33,210 nt of DNA from an uncultured Gammaproteobacteria bacterium (GTDB lineage Bacteria > Patescibacteriota > Patescibacteriia > CAYHRN01). The DNA lies in assembly GCA_964359155.1 (NCBI GenBank), contig CAYHRN010000002.1, positions 1 to 33,210 on the forward strand, read 5' to 3'. This document shows positions 32,179 through 33,210 of the stretch, one piece after another (position 1 is the first letter of the stretch; the number at the start of each line of letters is the position of its first letter). Both the position numbers and the translations under genes were made by a program. The notes under the pieces are model-generated. The model was not told where the DNA came from and did no database searches. It saw only the letters and a program-made list of their open reading frames with translations.

Positions 32179-33210
32179 TTATAATCCTAGAGCCGAGGGT
32201 ACGGCAAAGAATTTACCCCAGGAAAGATAGTACAACATGAGTTTGAGTTTACCTGTGAAGCCGGCGTAGTACGAGGCAATGGCCTCTGGGGACACGGTGA
32301 GTAACTGCTCTTGGCTAAGAAGTTCCAGTAAGAGTTCGTAGGAAACGCTTTGTTGGCTAAGAGGCTTATCAGTAGTGAGAACTAAAGGTTGGGCTTTCGA
32401 CACTGTCGATGGTTGTGCGGTAAGGGTCGCGGCAACGGATTCACCTGTGGGGGATGTGATGGTAGGCGTTGTTTGCGCAAGTTCTTGCTGCGACATACCT
32501 GCAAAGTTAAGGGTTACGGTTCTCGCAGTGCTTACGGTGCCTGAAGCACCCCCTACGGTAACCACAGATCCTGGGGGAGCATTAGGTACCGTGAATGATA
32601 CGGAAGAGCCACCGCTTGAGGTGCCGCCAGAAGGCGTGGTGGCGGGCAAGGGAAGGCTGGAGGTGATTTCTGGCAGATCATTCAAACGCTCAGTATCAGT
32701 AGCTTTCGTTGCTTGTTGTGGATTTGTGGCAACCGCAATACTGTCTTGTAGTTCTGCTTGTGTAAGGGTGCGCGTGTGTGGCCCGTCTGCTGTGTCAGCA
32801 GTAAAAGTAACTGATATAATGTCGTTGAGCTCTTTAAATATTTCATCCCATGAGGTGAAGGTAAAGCGTGTGCCGTCTTTTTTTATGCCCGTGCCCGTCA
32901 ATGATGCAGTGCTTACCGCAACCCCATTGAAGAGTAATTCAGGCATACATGCTCTTGTTTGCGTGCCTTCACTGCTAGTTCCCGTACCCCCAGGGCTCGA
33001 GAATGTGTACATGCCATTTTGCCCAGGTCCGGCGTAGGAGAAGAGTGCTCCACCGGATAACGCTCCACCAGTATCTTGTGCTGATACATTTGGTACTGGG
33101 GTCAGCTCCAAAGTAATTTCTGATCTGGTAAAACTGTTAAATTGAGCCGCTACGGGGGTTAATGGTAAAAGTATAAAGCTTGCAATGGCACTAAATATGA
33201 AAAAACGCAT
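32179..33210 (-). CDS. secreted hypothetical protein, Thr/Ser/Gly-rich, hydrophobic C-terminus (start codon at the window edge)
   Basis: Signal peptide MRFFIFSAIASFILLPLTPVAAQ. Low-complexity T/S/G tracts. C-terminal ..KLKLMLYYLSWGKFFAVPSALGL. Its upstream region lies outside the window. Confidence 0.7.
   Translation of the reverse strand: MRFFIFSAIASFILLPLTPVAAQFNSFTRSEITLELTPVPNVSAQDTGGALSGGALFSYAGPGQNGMYTFSSPGGTGTSSEGTQTRACMPELLFNGVAVSTASLTGTGIKKDGTRFTFTSWDEIFKELNDIISVTFTADTADGPHTRTLTQAELQDSIAVATNPQQATKATDTERLNDLPEITSSLPLPATTPSGGTSSGGSSVSFTVPNAPPGSVVTVGGASGTVSTARTVTLNFAGMSQQELAQTTPTITSPTGESVAATLTAQPSTVSKAQPLVLTTDKPLSQQSVSYELLLELLSQEQLLTVSPEAIASYYAGFTGKLKLMLYYLSWGKFFAVPSALGL

Noticed and set aside
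31618-33037. Plus-strand ORFs 31618-32184 (188 aa) and 32375-33037 (220 aa), antisense to the secreted-protein genes.
   Set aside because: These are mirror frames of Thr/Ser/Gly/Ala-rich coding sequence. Their products are Val/Cys/Pro/Gly-rich low-complexity sequence. The minus-strand genes have signal peptides and operon structure.
1-33210. Alternative genetic code (UGA recoding), CRISPR arrays, tRNA/rRNA genes, transposases or integrases, diversity-generating retroelement parts.
   Set aside because: Conserved genes are full length under the standard bacterial code, and some end in TGA. I found no spaced repeat arrays, tRNA-like cloverleaf signatures, rRNA-like segments, or recombinase or reverse-transcriptase motifs while reading both strands. 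This was a by-eye scan, so small RNAs could have been missed.

Overview
Gene-dense 33.2 kb chromosomal segment around the replication-origin neighbourhood of a small-genome bacterium. Gene content suggests a Patescibacteria/CPR-type organism (inference only): split transketolase, RpiB, a ThrRS without the N-terminal TGS domain, and almost no Shine-Dalgarno sites. Housekeeping content in order: hicB-hicA, dnaN, dnaA with perfect DnaA boxes, rpsT, holA, bactofilin, a DAG-kinase-like protein, yidC-yidD-rnpA-rpmH (rpmH is missing from the ORF track; I read it by hand). Next is a plus-strand array: agmatinase, rpiB, PLD/cardiolipin-synthase-like, rpe-like, a membrane protein, split tkt, a PfkB kinase and a 2-hydroxyacid dehydrogenase. 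A tightly packed infB-rbfA-Wzz-like-yebC-ruvC-GH57-like-lspA-class A PBP array follows, then an MFS transporter and thrS. The last 6 kb is an accessory-looking locus of four secreted or anchored proteins of unknown function. No rRNA, tRNA, CRISPR array, transposase or integrase was seen. Points worth a second look: (1) three plus-strand ORFs richer in G/C-ending codons (278-859, 27522-27665, 29589-29966) carry strong SD sites and are wedged antisense between minus-strand genes; two of them are complete promoter-hairpin-small membrane ORF-terminator cassettes. (2) Small GC-rich palindromic elements are translated in frame inside thrS and inside an anchored surface protein, with a related intergenic copy, and another repeat type forms the C-terminal tail of the PfkB kinase. 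(3) The class A PBP gene is split at an A5 run, so the catalytic SxxK box belongs to neither called ORF. (4) The orphan secretome operons have look-alike signal peptides. All hairpin and motif coordinates were hand-counted, and no database search or computation was possible.
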